Positions 19,581-26,544 of a stretch of DNA of 64,000 nucleotides are shown piece after piece. The notes beneath the pieces were generated by a model. The model ran no database searches, had not been told where the DNA came from, and worked only from the letters and a program-made list of their open reading frames with translations. Source of the stretch: a virus; the IMG/VR virus record IMGVR_UViG_3300025030_001854, positions 32,001-96,000 of that record. The stretch is one strand, 5' to 3'. How positions within the stretch are numbered: position 1 is the first letter of the stretch; the number at the start of each line of letters is the position of its first letter. The position numbers were made by a program, and so were the translations under genes.

Positions 19581-19815
19581 CTAATTTTTTTTCTTAGGAC
19601 CGCCATGCCTATAACAAGCTAATCCTGAGCAATATCCTGGCCACCATTTTCCATTAATAAATTCAACATAACGCATTTGGTCCTTTTCTTGAGGTCCATA
19701 AGCTTCTTCGTCGCAAAATCCATCGGGAAGACCGCCACTCCACATTGGGACAGAACAACGTCCTTTTCCTTCTGAATCTAATTCTTGATGATGTTTTGAA
19801 AGAGATGCCATAATT

Positions 19816-19889
19816 TGGTGGGCCTCCACGGTATCTCGCCGTGTTCAATTGGTTAAAAGCCAATTGCATCAATTTAATGCTTGAAGCCC
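19816..19889 (-). tRNA. tRNA-Lys(UUU) copy 2
   Basis: Same D and T arms as copy 1; AC stem AUUGG/CCAAU. Confidence 0.88.
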
Positions 19890-19937
19890 ATATATAACAG
19901 TATTTTCTTAAATTTTAAATTAAGAATTGTTCTAAAT

Positions 19938-20008
19938 TGGAGCCGCAGTAGGATAACGCTTCCTATCATTAAATTTACAAAATTCAATACCCTCTTAGGG
20001 ACAGCGGC
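19938..20008 (-). tRNA. tRNA-Thr(UGU) with miniature D-arm
   Basis: GCCGCUG/CUGCGGC, D-arm CCCU-AAG-AGGG, loop UU-UGU-AA, T-loop AGCGUUA, CCA. Confidence 0.72.
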
Positions 20009-20011
20009 ATT

Positions 20012-20114
20012 AAAAGGGTCATGAAACATGACCCAGTATTCTCTACGTCCAAGTCTTATCACGCATTTGTCCACGTTTCGAACCGTATCGTAACAGAGGA
20101 GAACATCGACTTGG
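20012..20114 (-). ncRNA. pseudoknotted small RNA with its own promoter and terminator
   Basis: CCAAGUC/GACUUGG, UUCUC/GAGAA, UGUUACG/CGUGAUA, ACG-GUUCGAAA-CGU; terminator GGGUCAUG-UUU-CAUGACCC-UUUU; TTGACA at 20142-20147. Confidence 0.55.
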
Positions 20115-20155
20115 TTATACTATCTCAAAAATTTGTGGACTTGTCAAACAAAAAA

Positions 20156-20232
20156 TGGTGCGCCGTGAGAATTCTGCCATCTCGTTATTTTTGCTTGGAA
20201 GGCAAATGCCATAGCTTCTAGGCGAACGACGC
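20156..20232 (-). tRNA. tRNA-Gly(UCC)
   Basis: GCGUCGU/ACGGCGC, loop CU-UCC-AA, T-loop GGCAGAA, CCA. Confidence 0.85.
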
Positions 20233-20251
20233 ATTAATTAATTTAAATTAG

Positions 20252-20323
20252 CTCCCTCTGATGGTAACGCTCCACCCTTTTCTGATTCAGAGTCAGTTGT
20301 AATAACTAATATACTAAGAGGGA
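20252..20323 (-). tRNA. tRNA-Gln(CUG)
   Basis: U1-A72, G73, loop CU-CUG-AA, T-loop AGCGUUA; CCA not encoded. Confidence 0.85.
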
Positions 20324-20337
20324 ATGAATCTGTTTTT

Positions 20338-20970
20338 TTATAATTGGGCTATGCCATCAAAAGTAATCCAAGGAACATAAGAATTTCCGGTTTCTGTATT
20401 ATTAACAGGCAAGTTCGCATATGTAGATTTACTTCCAAATTTTTGGAATCCTCCGCGATAAGCTGCCCCGCTATTTCCACTATTTGTTAATCTATATAAT
20501 CCGACTTCTACCACGAGAAGGTCGTAATTATCAAATTCAAAATAAGCACAATTACCAGAAAATGTTCTATTTTGTAATATTCCATAAGAAGTATTTTCAT
20601 ATTCTGAACCTACTGCTCCAGAAAACACAGTTTGTTTTAAACTTCCAGAAGGAGAATGAATAGAAATAGTAAGCGAAGTTTTATAATCACCAGCCGTCGA
20701 ATCTTCTCGGCCTTGAATTTGACCTCGAAATAATCCATTAATTGCTGCTGTTCCCATATTTAGCTGGGCAACATACTGTCTATTTAAAAAATTGAAAACT
20801 CCGGTATTAGGGAAATTTTTGTAAATTTCTTTAACAGAAGGAACTCCAGTTTCCGTCTTTGAACTACTTAAAACTTTTCTATCTCCAGATGTGGTAGCTG
20901 TCCAATAAGTAGAAAATGATGGCGAGGCAACAATGCCTGTTGATTGAGAAAAATAAAATGTATTACTCAT
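20338..20970 (-). CDS. hypothetical Ser/Thr/Gly-rich protein (possibly virion)
   Basis: 210-aa ORF with beta-rich composition; GTGTAA motif upstream. Confidence 0.55.
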   Translation of the reverse strand: MSNTFYFSQSTGIVASPSFSTYWTATTSGDRKVLSSSKTETGVPSVKEIYKNFPNTGVFNFLNRQYVAQLNMGTAAINGLFRGQIQGREDSTAGDYKTSLTISIHSPSGSLKQTVFSGAVGSEYENTSYGILQNRTFSGNCAYFEFDNYDLLVVEVGLYRLTNSGNSGAAYRGGFQKFGSKSTYANLPVNNTETGNSYVPWITFDGIAQL

Positions 20971-20971
20971 A

Positions 20972-21172
20972 TTAAGTATTACACTTATTCTTTCTCCATT
21001 TTCTCCATTCTACCAATAATAAAACAATAATTAAAGGAATTAAAATAAATACCCCACCAACTTCGGGAATAATTGGATAATGGGGATTATGAATATTGGA
21101 ATGACCATGAGGGTTTCCGTAATGATTTCCATTATTATAAATTGTTCCATAGGTGAGGCTGTTTGTTTCCAT
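20972..21172 (-). CDS. small His/Asn-rich membrane protein with PEP-CTERM-like tail
   Basis: IPEVGG + hydrophobic helix + WRKWRK. Confidence 0.45.
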   Translation of the reverse strand: METNSLTYGTIYNNGNHYGNPHGHSNIHNPHYPIIPEVGGVFILIPLIIVLLLVEWRKWRKNKCNT

Positions 21173-21198
21173 AACATCAGGTGTTTTGAGATATAAAA

Positions 21199-21272
21199 TG
21201 GTAGGCCGTACTTGTTACGCTCAAGTGAAAAAATCTCATCAGGATTCTATTTTACTATTAAATTAACGGCCC
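21199..21272 (-). tRNA. tRNA-Ile(GAU)
   Basis: GGGCCGU/ACGGCCU, loop CU-GAU-GA, T-loop AGCGUAA, CCA. Confidence 0.82.
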
Positions 21273-21331
21273 ATTAAAAGTCAGCTATGAGAACGCGATT
21301 CTCTTATAGTGGTAGTTGACGAGTCCACAAA

Positions 21332-21423
21332 TGGTAGCTCCATGCCGAATCTCACGGCCCAGCACCCCAGTCCGGGGATTATATTCGTTATAAGCGAACC
21401 CATGCAATTTACATCTTGGAGCC
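21332..21423 (-). tRNA. tRNA-Ile(UAU) with long variable arm
   Basis: GGCUCCA/UGGAGCU, loop CU-UAU-AA, variable hairpin CCCCGG..CUGGGG, T-loop UGAGAUU, CCA. Confidence 0.78.
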
Positions 21424-21436
21424 ATTACTAATTAAA

Positions 21437-21512
21437 TGGTCCCATTCCATCGTACTGCCCGATGACTTTCTGTGCTTCAAACAGACGTGCAGACTATCTA
21501 CACCAGAATGGG
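21437..21512 (-). tRNA. tRNA-Phe(GAA)
   Basis: CCCAUUC/GAAUGGG, loop UU-GAA-GC, T-loop GGCAGUA, CCA. Confidence 0.85.
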
Positions 21513-21514
21513 AT

Positions 21515-22099
21515 TTAAAAATGTTTTTGACTATGACAATTGGGACACAAATACATTAAATTGTTAATTAAATTATTTTTTTTATTTTCGTCTATGTGAT
21601 GAATTTGTAATTGAATTGGATTATTTTTCCAAGAATCAATACTACATTCAAAACATTTATAAGGAACATTATGAATATTCATATGCTTTTTAAGAGATTT
21701 TCTTGTTAATCTTTCCTGTCTAAGTATTGTTTTTTGATTTGTTAGTTGTGCGGTTTTTAAACCTCCGCGTTTTCTCCCATTATCACGACCAATAGAAACA
21801 TCAACATTTAACTTTAATAATCTTTTTTTATAATGATACCATGCTCCACCACTCATTCCGACGCCTAAATATAATAAAAATTGATTAATTGAATCACTCT
21901 CCCTCCAAACCTCTAACAACTTTTCATCCGAAAATTTAAAACGATTCTTTAAATATATATTTGGTTTCGTTTTTAAATTTAATTTTTTTAACCGATAACG
22001 TATTCCAGTTTCACTTAATCCCACATTGGAACTTAATTCTTTAATTGTTAAACCCTGGTCAATTAAATCTTCCAAAAACTTTCTTTCTAATATTTTCAT
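21515..22099 (-). CDS. HTH-HNH homing endonuclease
   Basis: CFEC..LQIHHIDENKKNNLINNLMYLCPNCHSQ; stop 2 nt before tRNA-Phe. Confidence 0.88.
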   Translation of the reverse strand: MKILERKFLEDLIDQGLTIKELSSNVGLSETGIRYRLKKLNLKTKPNIYLKNRFKFSDEKLLEVWRESDSINQFLLYLGVGMSGGAWYHYKKRLLKLNVDVSIGRDNGRKRGGLKTAQLTNQKTILRQERLTRKSLKKHMNIHNVPYKCFECSIDSWKNNPIQLQIHHIDENKKNNLINNLMYLCPNCHSQKHF

Positions 22100-22166
22100 A
22101 TCTCATATTACACCGAAACAGTGAATGTGAGAACAATAAATATCTCGCTATACTCAAAAAACTAAA

Positions 22167-22240
22167 TGGTCGGTCATGTCGTAATCCCAACGACCCCTTA
22201 TGCTCCCAAAGCACATGTGCTTGTTCAACACTTATGACCG
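22167..22240 (-). tRNA. tRNA-Pro(UGG)
   Basis: C1-G72, loop UU-UGG-GA, D-loop UGAACAA, T-loop UGGGAUU, CCA. Confidence 0.87.
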
Positions 22241-22243
22241 ATA

Positions 22244-22317
22244 TGGTGAGGCGTAACGGTAACTCTCCGCTTTAGCTAGTTTGTAATACTAGTGCATTAA
22301 TTTTATGCTAACACCCC
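22244..22317 (-). tRNA. tRNA-Val(UAC)
   Basis: Loop AU-UAC-AA, D-loop AAAAUUA, T-loop AGAGUUA, CCA. Confidence 0.85.
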
Positions 22318-22320
22318 AAT

Positions 22321-22449
22321 TTTTCAGAGAACAGACAACAACAGCTTTTTTAACGTGCTACTATTACACCAACGACTTTCGTCGCCTTGGATTTGCACCA
22401 AAACCTTTCGTTTGATAGACGATGAAACTGTTATTTACACTACTGAAAA
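22321..22449 (-). ncRNA. yrlA: Y RNA (YrlA-like) with permuted tRNA-like domain
   Basis: 5' CAGUAGUG..AACAGUUUCAUC / 3' GCUGUU..UGUUCUCUG stem enclosing T-arm (UGCAAAU), closed acceptor hairpin GCGAC-GAAA-GUCGU and D-arm GUGU-AAUAGUA-GCAC; Ro60 gene in window. Confidence 0.82.
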
Positions 22450-22523
22450 TGGTGAACGTTGAGAGAATCGCACTCCCGTCTCGGATATGTCGCACCCGCG
22501 CTTTTCTTTTAAACTAAACGTCC
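22450..22523 (-). tRNA. tRNA-Val(GAC)
   Basis: Loop GC-GAC-AU (C33), T-loop UGCGAUU, CCA. Confidence 0.85.
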
Positions 22524-22826
22524 AATTCTAAATTTTGTAAATAAGAATATTCGCAATGAGCTAATAAGGCTTCAAATAATTCTTCGTCTGTTACGTCTGA
22601 CAAATTTGTTTCTTCTTTATTCATAATTAAGCAAACCTTCCATTCTTACAAATATACTCATACATACTACAATCCGCCCCGCAACCTAACTCGAAACAAA
22701 ACCTAAACCCGACATGTAATACTTTATGCTTTGTTTTCATCCATGTCAAGCCGTTATTTTTCCATGGCTTTCCTATAAATTCAAGATTTTTATATTTATT
22801 TTTAATATCTTGAGAAACGTAAATAT

Positions 22827-23069
22827 TCATTGGTCAACTTTTCTGTAATTCTTTTGCCATAAACCTCTTGTAATAAGATTCGCGGCCTTAATAACTTCTT
22901 TTTCAGACATTTCATGAAATGCCTCATGAATAAGCTCATGGACTAAAGTATTTAAATAAGCTTTGGGTTTTTGTCTTGGGTCAATTTCTATTAAATTATC
23001 GCCCTGATAACACATTCCCCAGGCTTTGTTTCGGCCTAATTTTTTATCTATGATTTTAAGTTTGGCCAT
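22827..23069 (-). CDS. small HExxH zincin-like protein
   Basis: TLVHELIHE. Confidence 0.6.
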   Translation of the reverse strand: MAKLKIIDKKLGRNKAWGMCYQGDNLIEIDPRQKPKAYLNTLVHELIHEAFHEMSEKEVIKAANLITRGLWQKNYRKVDQ

Positions 23070-23203
23070 GACTTAAATTACACTAATAACTAGAGACGAT
23101 TCCCGATTCTCCACGTCTCACTTTCCTTCGGAAATATTTTATTTTCCCGCCTACTCGGAACATACTAATTTATTTATCGTATCTTTTATATGATAGTTAA
23201 AAA

Positions 23204-23278
23204 TGGTGACGGTGACAGGAATTGCACCCGCACTTGTTGGTGTCTAAAACCAATGCCTCTGCGTTGGGCTACACCGCC
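23204..23278 (-). tRNA. tRNA-Leu(UAG), short variable loop
   Basis: Loop UU-UAG-AC, T-loop UGCAAUU, A73-CCA. Confidence 0.85.
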
Positions 23279-23285
23279 AATAAAA

Positions 23286-23368
23286 TTACAGAGAACATAC
23301 AAATAAAGGTTTGCTTGTTGGCAGGCTTGGAGCCTAGTAGAAGTATCTTTATTTTATCGCTACTGTAA
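23286..23368 (-). ncRNA. Y-RNA-like (short, two-hairpin module)
   Basis: 5' UACAGUAGCGAU..AAUAAAG-AUACUUC / 3' CUUUAUU..UGUUCUCUGUA. Confidence 0.72.
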
Positions 23369-23369
23369 A

Positions 23370-23452
23370 TGGTAGCCAAGACGGGACTTGCACCCGTAAA
23401 ATTACGAAATTTTAAGTTTCGTTGCTGTGCTGTTCGCATTAATCACTTGGCC
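23370..23452 (-). tRNA. tRNA-Leu(UAA), short variable loop, enlarged D region
   Basis: GGCCAAG/CUUGGCU, loop CU-UAA-AA, T-loop UGCAAGU, CCA. Confidence 0.8.
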
Positions 23453-23933
23453 GTTTTTTATTTTTACTTTTATATGTAGATGTCTGCGCGTGACAATTTG
23501 GACATAAAATTTGTAGATTCTCTAAACGATTATCTGTTTTTATTCCATTAATATGATGCAATTCTAAGGGAATTTTCTGATTTTGCCACTCTCTTATTTG
23601 ACATATTTCACATTCATACTTTTTTAATTTTCTATCAAAAAGTCTATTTTTTAAATTATGAGAGGTTGTTTTAGATGGACAATTATCGGTTAACCAATAT
23701 TCAATTGGTTTCCAATTAGATGTTTGTTTCCCTCTTAATAATTTATTGTAAGACCGACCAACCCAATGAGAAACATCAAAATTATATTTTTGAACAATTT
23801 TAACAATTATTTTAAATTGACTAGAAGATTTCCCTGTCTGACCTAGTGATAACAATACCATTTTTATTGTAATATTATTTTTATCATTTATAGCTTTTAC
23901 AGCTTCTTCGTCAGTAAATTTTCTAGCACTCAT
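23439..23933 (-). CDS. HNH homing endonuclease
   Basis: CEIC..LELHHINGIKTDNRLENLQILCPNCHAQT; start adjusted to MSARK; stop lies inside tRNA-Leu(UAA). Confidence 0.88.
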   Translation of the reverse strand: MSARKFTDEEAVKAINDKNNITIKMVLLSLGQTGKSSSQFKIIVKIVQKYNFDVSHWVGRSYNKLLRGKQTSNWKPIEYWLTDNCPSKTTSHNLKNRLFDRKLKKYECEICQIREWQNQKIPLELHHINGIKTDNRLENLQILCPNCHAQTSTYKSKNKKRPSD

Positions 23934-23975
23934 ATATGTATAGATATACACACGTCTATGCTTATAGAGAAATAT

Positions 23976-24080
23976 TAATAGAACAAGCAATAAGAACGGC
24001 ACAATGCCAGTTTTCCCAATTACTAATTTGGCGGGAAAATTCGATTATGAGTCGAAGTATTTCTTATTTATCACTAATTA
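23976..24080 (-). ncRNA. Y-RNA-like with three-hairpin tRNA-mimic module
   Basis: 5' UAAUUAGUGAU-AAAUAAGAA-AUACUUC / 3' UUCUUAUU..UUGUUCUAUUA; inner UUCGA-CUCAUAA-UCGAA, UUUUCCC..GGGAAAA, GGCA-UUG-UGCC. Confidence 0.68.
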
Positions 24081-24085
24081 AATCG

Positions 24086-24158
24086 GGCGAACAACGAGGT
24101 TTGCACTCGCATAATCTTGATTCACAATCAAGGACATTAACGTTATGCTATATTCGCC
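24086..24158 (-). tRNA. tRNA-His(GUG)
   Basis: Encoded G-1:C73, loop UU-GUG-AA, T-loop UGCAAAC; CCA not encoded. Confidence 0.88.
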
Positions 24159-24164
24159 ATAAAA

Positions 24165-24293
24165 TGGTAGCCTGCCAGGAATCGAACCTAGTTTTAAATT
24201 ACTTTATCAACGTAGGCTTACTATAGATATCTTACATCTCAATTTCATTATTGTTGGTTATCTGACTTCCACAGAATACCCTCGTATCAGGCC
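24165..24293 (-). ncRNA. 129-nt tRNA-like RNA (acceptor + canonical T-arm + CCA, no cloverleaf body)
   Basis: GGCCUG/CAGGCU-A-CCA; CUAGG-UUCGAUU-CCUGG; ~100-nt insert. Confidence 0.62.
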
Positions 24294-24301
24294 ATAAAAT
24301 T

Positions 24302-24463
24302 AAAAAGCGGGCTTGCTCTCCAGCTTGCCCGCTGGGGGTGTAGGCTAATGGTTTAGCTTATTCCCTCCACCACTTATACAATTTCACAACATTTCGACCA
24401 CCGTCCGAAAATTCTCCCCTTCAATGAAGTCGGCTAGTAGTTGTGCTGGGTTTGCAGGTATAA
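24302..24463 (-). ncRNA. candidate structured RNA ending in an intrinsic terminator
   Basis: UUAUAC/GUAUAA and CACAAC/GUUGUG closing helices; UAAGCUAA-ACCA-UUAGCCUA; GCGGGC..GCCCGC-UUUUU. Confidence 0.45.
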
Positions 24464-24539
24464 TGGCCCTCTATGCGAGACTCGCACTCGCTACATATCT
24501 TAGACAGAGATATATGATAAACTCATTCAACAATAGAGG
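24464..24539 (-). tRNA. tRNA-Asp(GUC)
   Basis: CCUCUAU/AUAGAGG, G73, loop CU-GUC-UA, T-loop UGCGAGU, CCA. Confidence 0.85.
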
Positions 24540-24615
24540 ATGTGCCTTGTTTTATTTTTATGAGAGCAATGGACATTCTTTATTACCCATCCTGACAAGG
24601 CGGAACTCTCGGGTA

Positions 24616-24692
24616 TGGCGAACATAGAGGGACTCGCACCCACAATCTTTGCCTTCGCAGGGCAATGCTTTATCTAATTTAGCTATATGTTC
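24616..24692 (-). tRNA. tRNA-Arg(GCG)
   Basis: Normal cloverleaf, D-loop AAUUAGAUA (A20), loop CU-GCG-AA, T-loop UGCGAGU, CCA. Confidence 0.88.
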
Positions 24693-24696
24693 AAAT

Positions 24697-24887
24697 TTTT
24701 ACGGAACAATTAGACTCAGTTTTGTCTGTGCTTTTCATCCAGACTTGCCATTATTTTGTTTCTTAAACAATTTTTAAGAACGTCCATTTTTGCGTTTTTG
24801 GCGCTATGTTTATACGTCCAATATGACTTGAAAGCCATATTATTTTTTTCATTGATAAAGATGAAACTGATTCTATCACCAGTAAAA
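24697..24887 (-). ncRNA. Y-RNA-like (long, multi-hairpin module)
   Basis: 5' UUUUACUGGUGAUAGAAUCAGUUUCAUC / 3' ACUGAGUCUAAUUGUUCCGUAAAA; several small internal hairpins. Confidence 0.7.
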
Positions 24888-24971
24888 TGGTAGACACGGA
24901 AAGATTTGCACTTTCATTTTCAATTTCTAATTACCATTACTAATTTCGAAGATTAGCTGGATTACGTGTCC
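24888..24971 (-). tRNA. D-arm-less (rewired) tRNA-Arg(UCG)
   Basis: GGACACG-UAAUCCA-GCUAAU-CUUCGAA-AUUAGU-23 nt-GAAAG-UGCAAAU-CUUUC-CGUGUCU-A-CCA. Confidence 0.8.
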
Positions 24972-25696
24972 AATTTCTTTTTTTGTTTATTAACATGGGA
25001 AAATGGAGAAATATTTTTCCAATCTAAATTGTAATATTTGGCCCATTTTCTTATTGTATTGTCGGAACCCACTCCAATTAATTTTTTAATTTGTAAAATA
25101 TTTTTTGTTTTTAAAAGACTCTCCAATTCTTCTTTAGATGGACGGATAAATTTTCTATTACTAATCTTAGGAGAATGTCGCCAATTAGGATTTAATTGAG
25201 ATGGTTTTATTTTATATTTTTTATGTCTCTTTCCAGCAAATGAAGGTGTTTGGCTGTGACAGTTTGGGCAAAGAAAAGCTAAATTTTCCAAACGATTATC
25301 ATTAGATACTCCGTTCTTATGTTCTAATTGAAGACTTAATTTATTTCCTTGCCACTCTCCAAAATTTCCGCATTTTTCACATTTATAATCTAGTAATTGA
25401 AATTTAATAAGATTAGTTTTAATGTGTCGTCTATTTTGTATAGAATTTTCTTCTAATTTCCGTAAAAAATCATCTTTAGTATTTTTTCTTGTCAAGTTAG
25501 AAGAATTTACTCTCGATAAAAAATGTTTTGTATCTAATCCTAAAAATTCAATTCTCTTCCAACAGGTTTGATAATTAGACCCTTTATTTTCCATTCCAAA
25601 AAATCTTAAAACTTGAGACATACTAATGCTATTTTTAATAAGCTCAATAAAAGCATTATCTTCCATTTGCCAAACCACGCTTGTTCTTTTTCTCAT
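24962..25696 (-). CDS. HNH homing endonuclease with C-terminal HTH
   Basis: CEKC..LQLEHKNGVSNDNRLENLAFLCPNCHSQT; start adjusted to MRKRTS; stop lies inside tRNA-Arg(UCG). Confidence 0.88.
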   Translation of the reverse strand: MRKRTSVVWQMEDNAFIELIKNSISMSQVLRFFGMENKGSNYQTCWKRIEFLGLDTKHFLSRVNSSNLTRKNTKDDFLRKLEENSIQNRRHIKTNLIKFQLLDYKCEKCGNFGEWQGNKLSLQLEHKNGVSNDNRLENLAFLCPNCHSQTPSFAGKRHKKYKIKPSQLNPNWRHSPKISNRKFIRPSKEELESLLKTKNILQIKKLIGVGSDNTIRKWAKYYNLDWKNISPFSHVNKQKKKLDT

Positions 25697-25747
25697 ATCA
25701 TATATTACACAAAATAACGTAAGAAGTCTAATAATAGTGCAAAATAC

Positions 25748-25821
25748 TGGCTCCCCTCCCACCACTTGCAGATGGACTTACGCTTTCAAAGAGCGGTTTG
25801 CTACTCTTACAACAGAGGGGA
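25748..25821 (-). tRNA. tRNA-Gln(UUG)
   Basis: U1-A72, G73, loop CU-UUG-AA, T-loop UGCAAGU, CCA. Confidence 0.86.
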
Positions 25822-25903
25822 ATTTCGCCAGAGCTTCGGATTAAACCGCATTTTTAATTGAGCCTCACTGTTCTGGCTAAGTGAGAATATACTTAATGAT
25901 AGT

Positions 25904-25979
25904 TGGTGGACACAGATGGGAATCGCACCCACTAAATCTTCATTGCGAATGAAGTGCATCGCTATTTTGCTTCTGGCCC
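25904..25979 (-). tRNA. tRNA-Ala(CGC)
   Basis: G3.U70, loop UU-CGC-AA, T-loop UGCGAUU, bulged acceptor, CCA. Confidence 0.82.
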
Positions 25980-25991
25980 ATTCTGTCTTTT

Positions 25992-26262
25992 GTTTAATAG
26001 GTATTAGGATTTCCAGCGTCACCTAAGTTTTTAACAACCTTTTCGCGGGGTATGCAACCAAGCCCGATTTGAGCCTCGTCTCAGCTAAGGATTTGCACCT
26101 TTTTATTATACCCATTTACCTTTATGGATGATACGCTCACGTAACTATGTTAGTAATGATGTCTAACTTCATCCGATACCACGATTTAGACCTATGGCAA
26201 ACCTCTTTAATAATTAATTAAATCAATGCCGACATCTAAACAGCAGTTCACACCTATTAAAC
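25992..26262 (-). ncRNA. candidate ~270-nt structured RNA with an internal T-loop arm
   Basis: 11-bp terminal helix GUUUAAUAGGU/ACCUAUUAAAC; GAUGUC/GACAUC; GGAUG/CAUCC; GGGUAU/AUACCC; AAGG-UGCAAAU-CCUU. Confidence 0.55.
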
Positions 26263-26314
26263 GGATTCACCCCCAAAGGGTTTGGTTTTGCTTAATCACT
26301 AATAATACTAAGAC

Positions 26315-26394
26315 TGGTGGACCACGGCGGTAACACTCCGCTTTTTTTAACTTGCTTGCAAAGCAAGTTCAACATTTTTGTTGCCACGTAGCCC
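26315..26394 (-). tRNA. tRNA-Ala(UGC), apparent 8/4 fold
   Basis: GGGCUACG/CGUGGUCC with G3.U70, 4-bp T-stem, T-loop AGUGUUA, loop UU-UGC-AA, CCA. Confidence 0.78.
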
Positions 26395-26454
26395 AAGGAG
26401 GCGCGTATCGTTAACGCCGACGCCTGATTGAATACAGGAGGTCTTGTGAACCCA

Positions 26455-26544
26455 TGGCGGAAGCAGGGGGAGTCGCACCCACACCGGCTTTCACCGGCTT
26501 AGTTTAGCAAACTAATTCGACAAACTGATATTCGACTTACTTCC
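26455..26544 (-). tRNA. tRNA-Ser(GCU)
   Basis: Long variable arm, G73, loop UU-GCU-AA, T-loop UGCGACU, CCA. Confidence 0.88.

Noticed and set aside
20030-20114. HDV-like ribozyme
   Set aside because: The insert between P2 and P1' is about 43 nt with no L3 consensus, and P1 does not start with G.
22120-22160. Seventh Y-like RNA (AUAGCGA..UUGUUCUC)
   Set aside because: Has motif fragments but no second helix or UACUUC/UUUCAUC segment and poor terminal pairing.
24544-24615. preQ1-I riboswitch or HDV-like/theta ribozyme
   Set aside because: The ligand-pairing C before the P1 3' strand is a G, and the linker has no catalytic C or P1.1; kept only as an unassigned pseudoknot.
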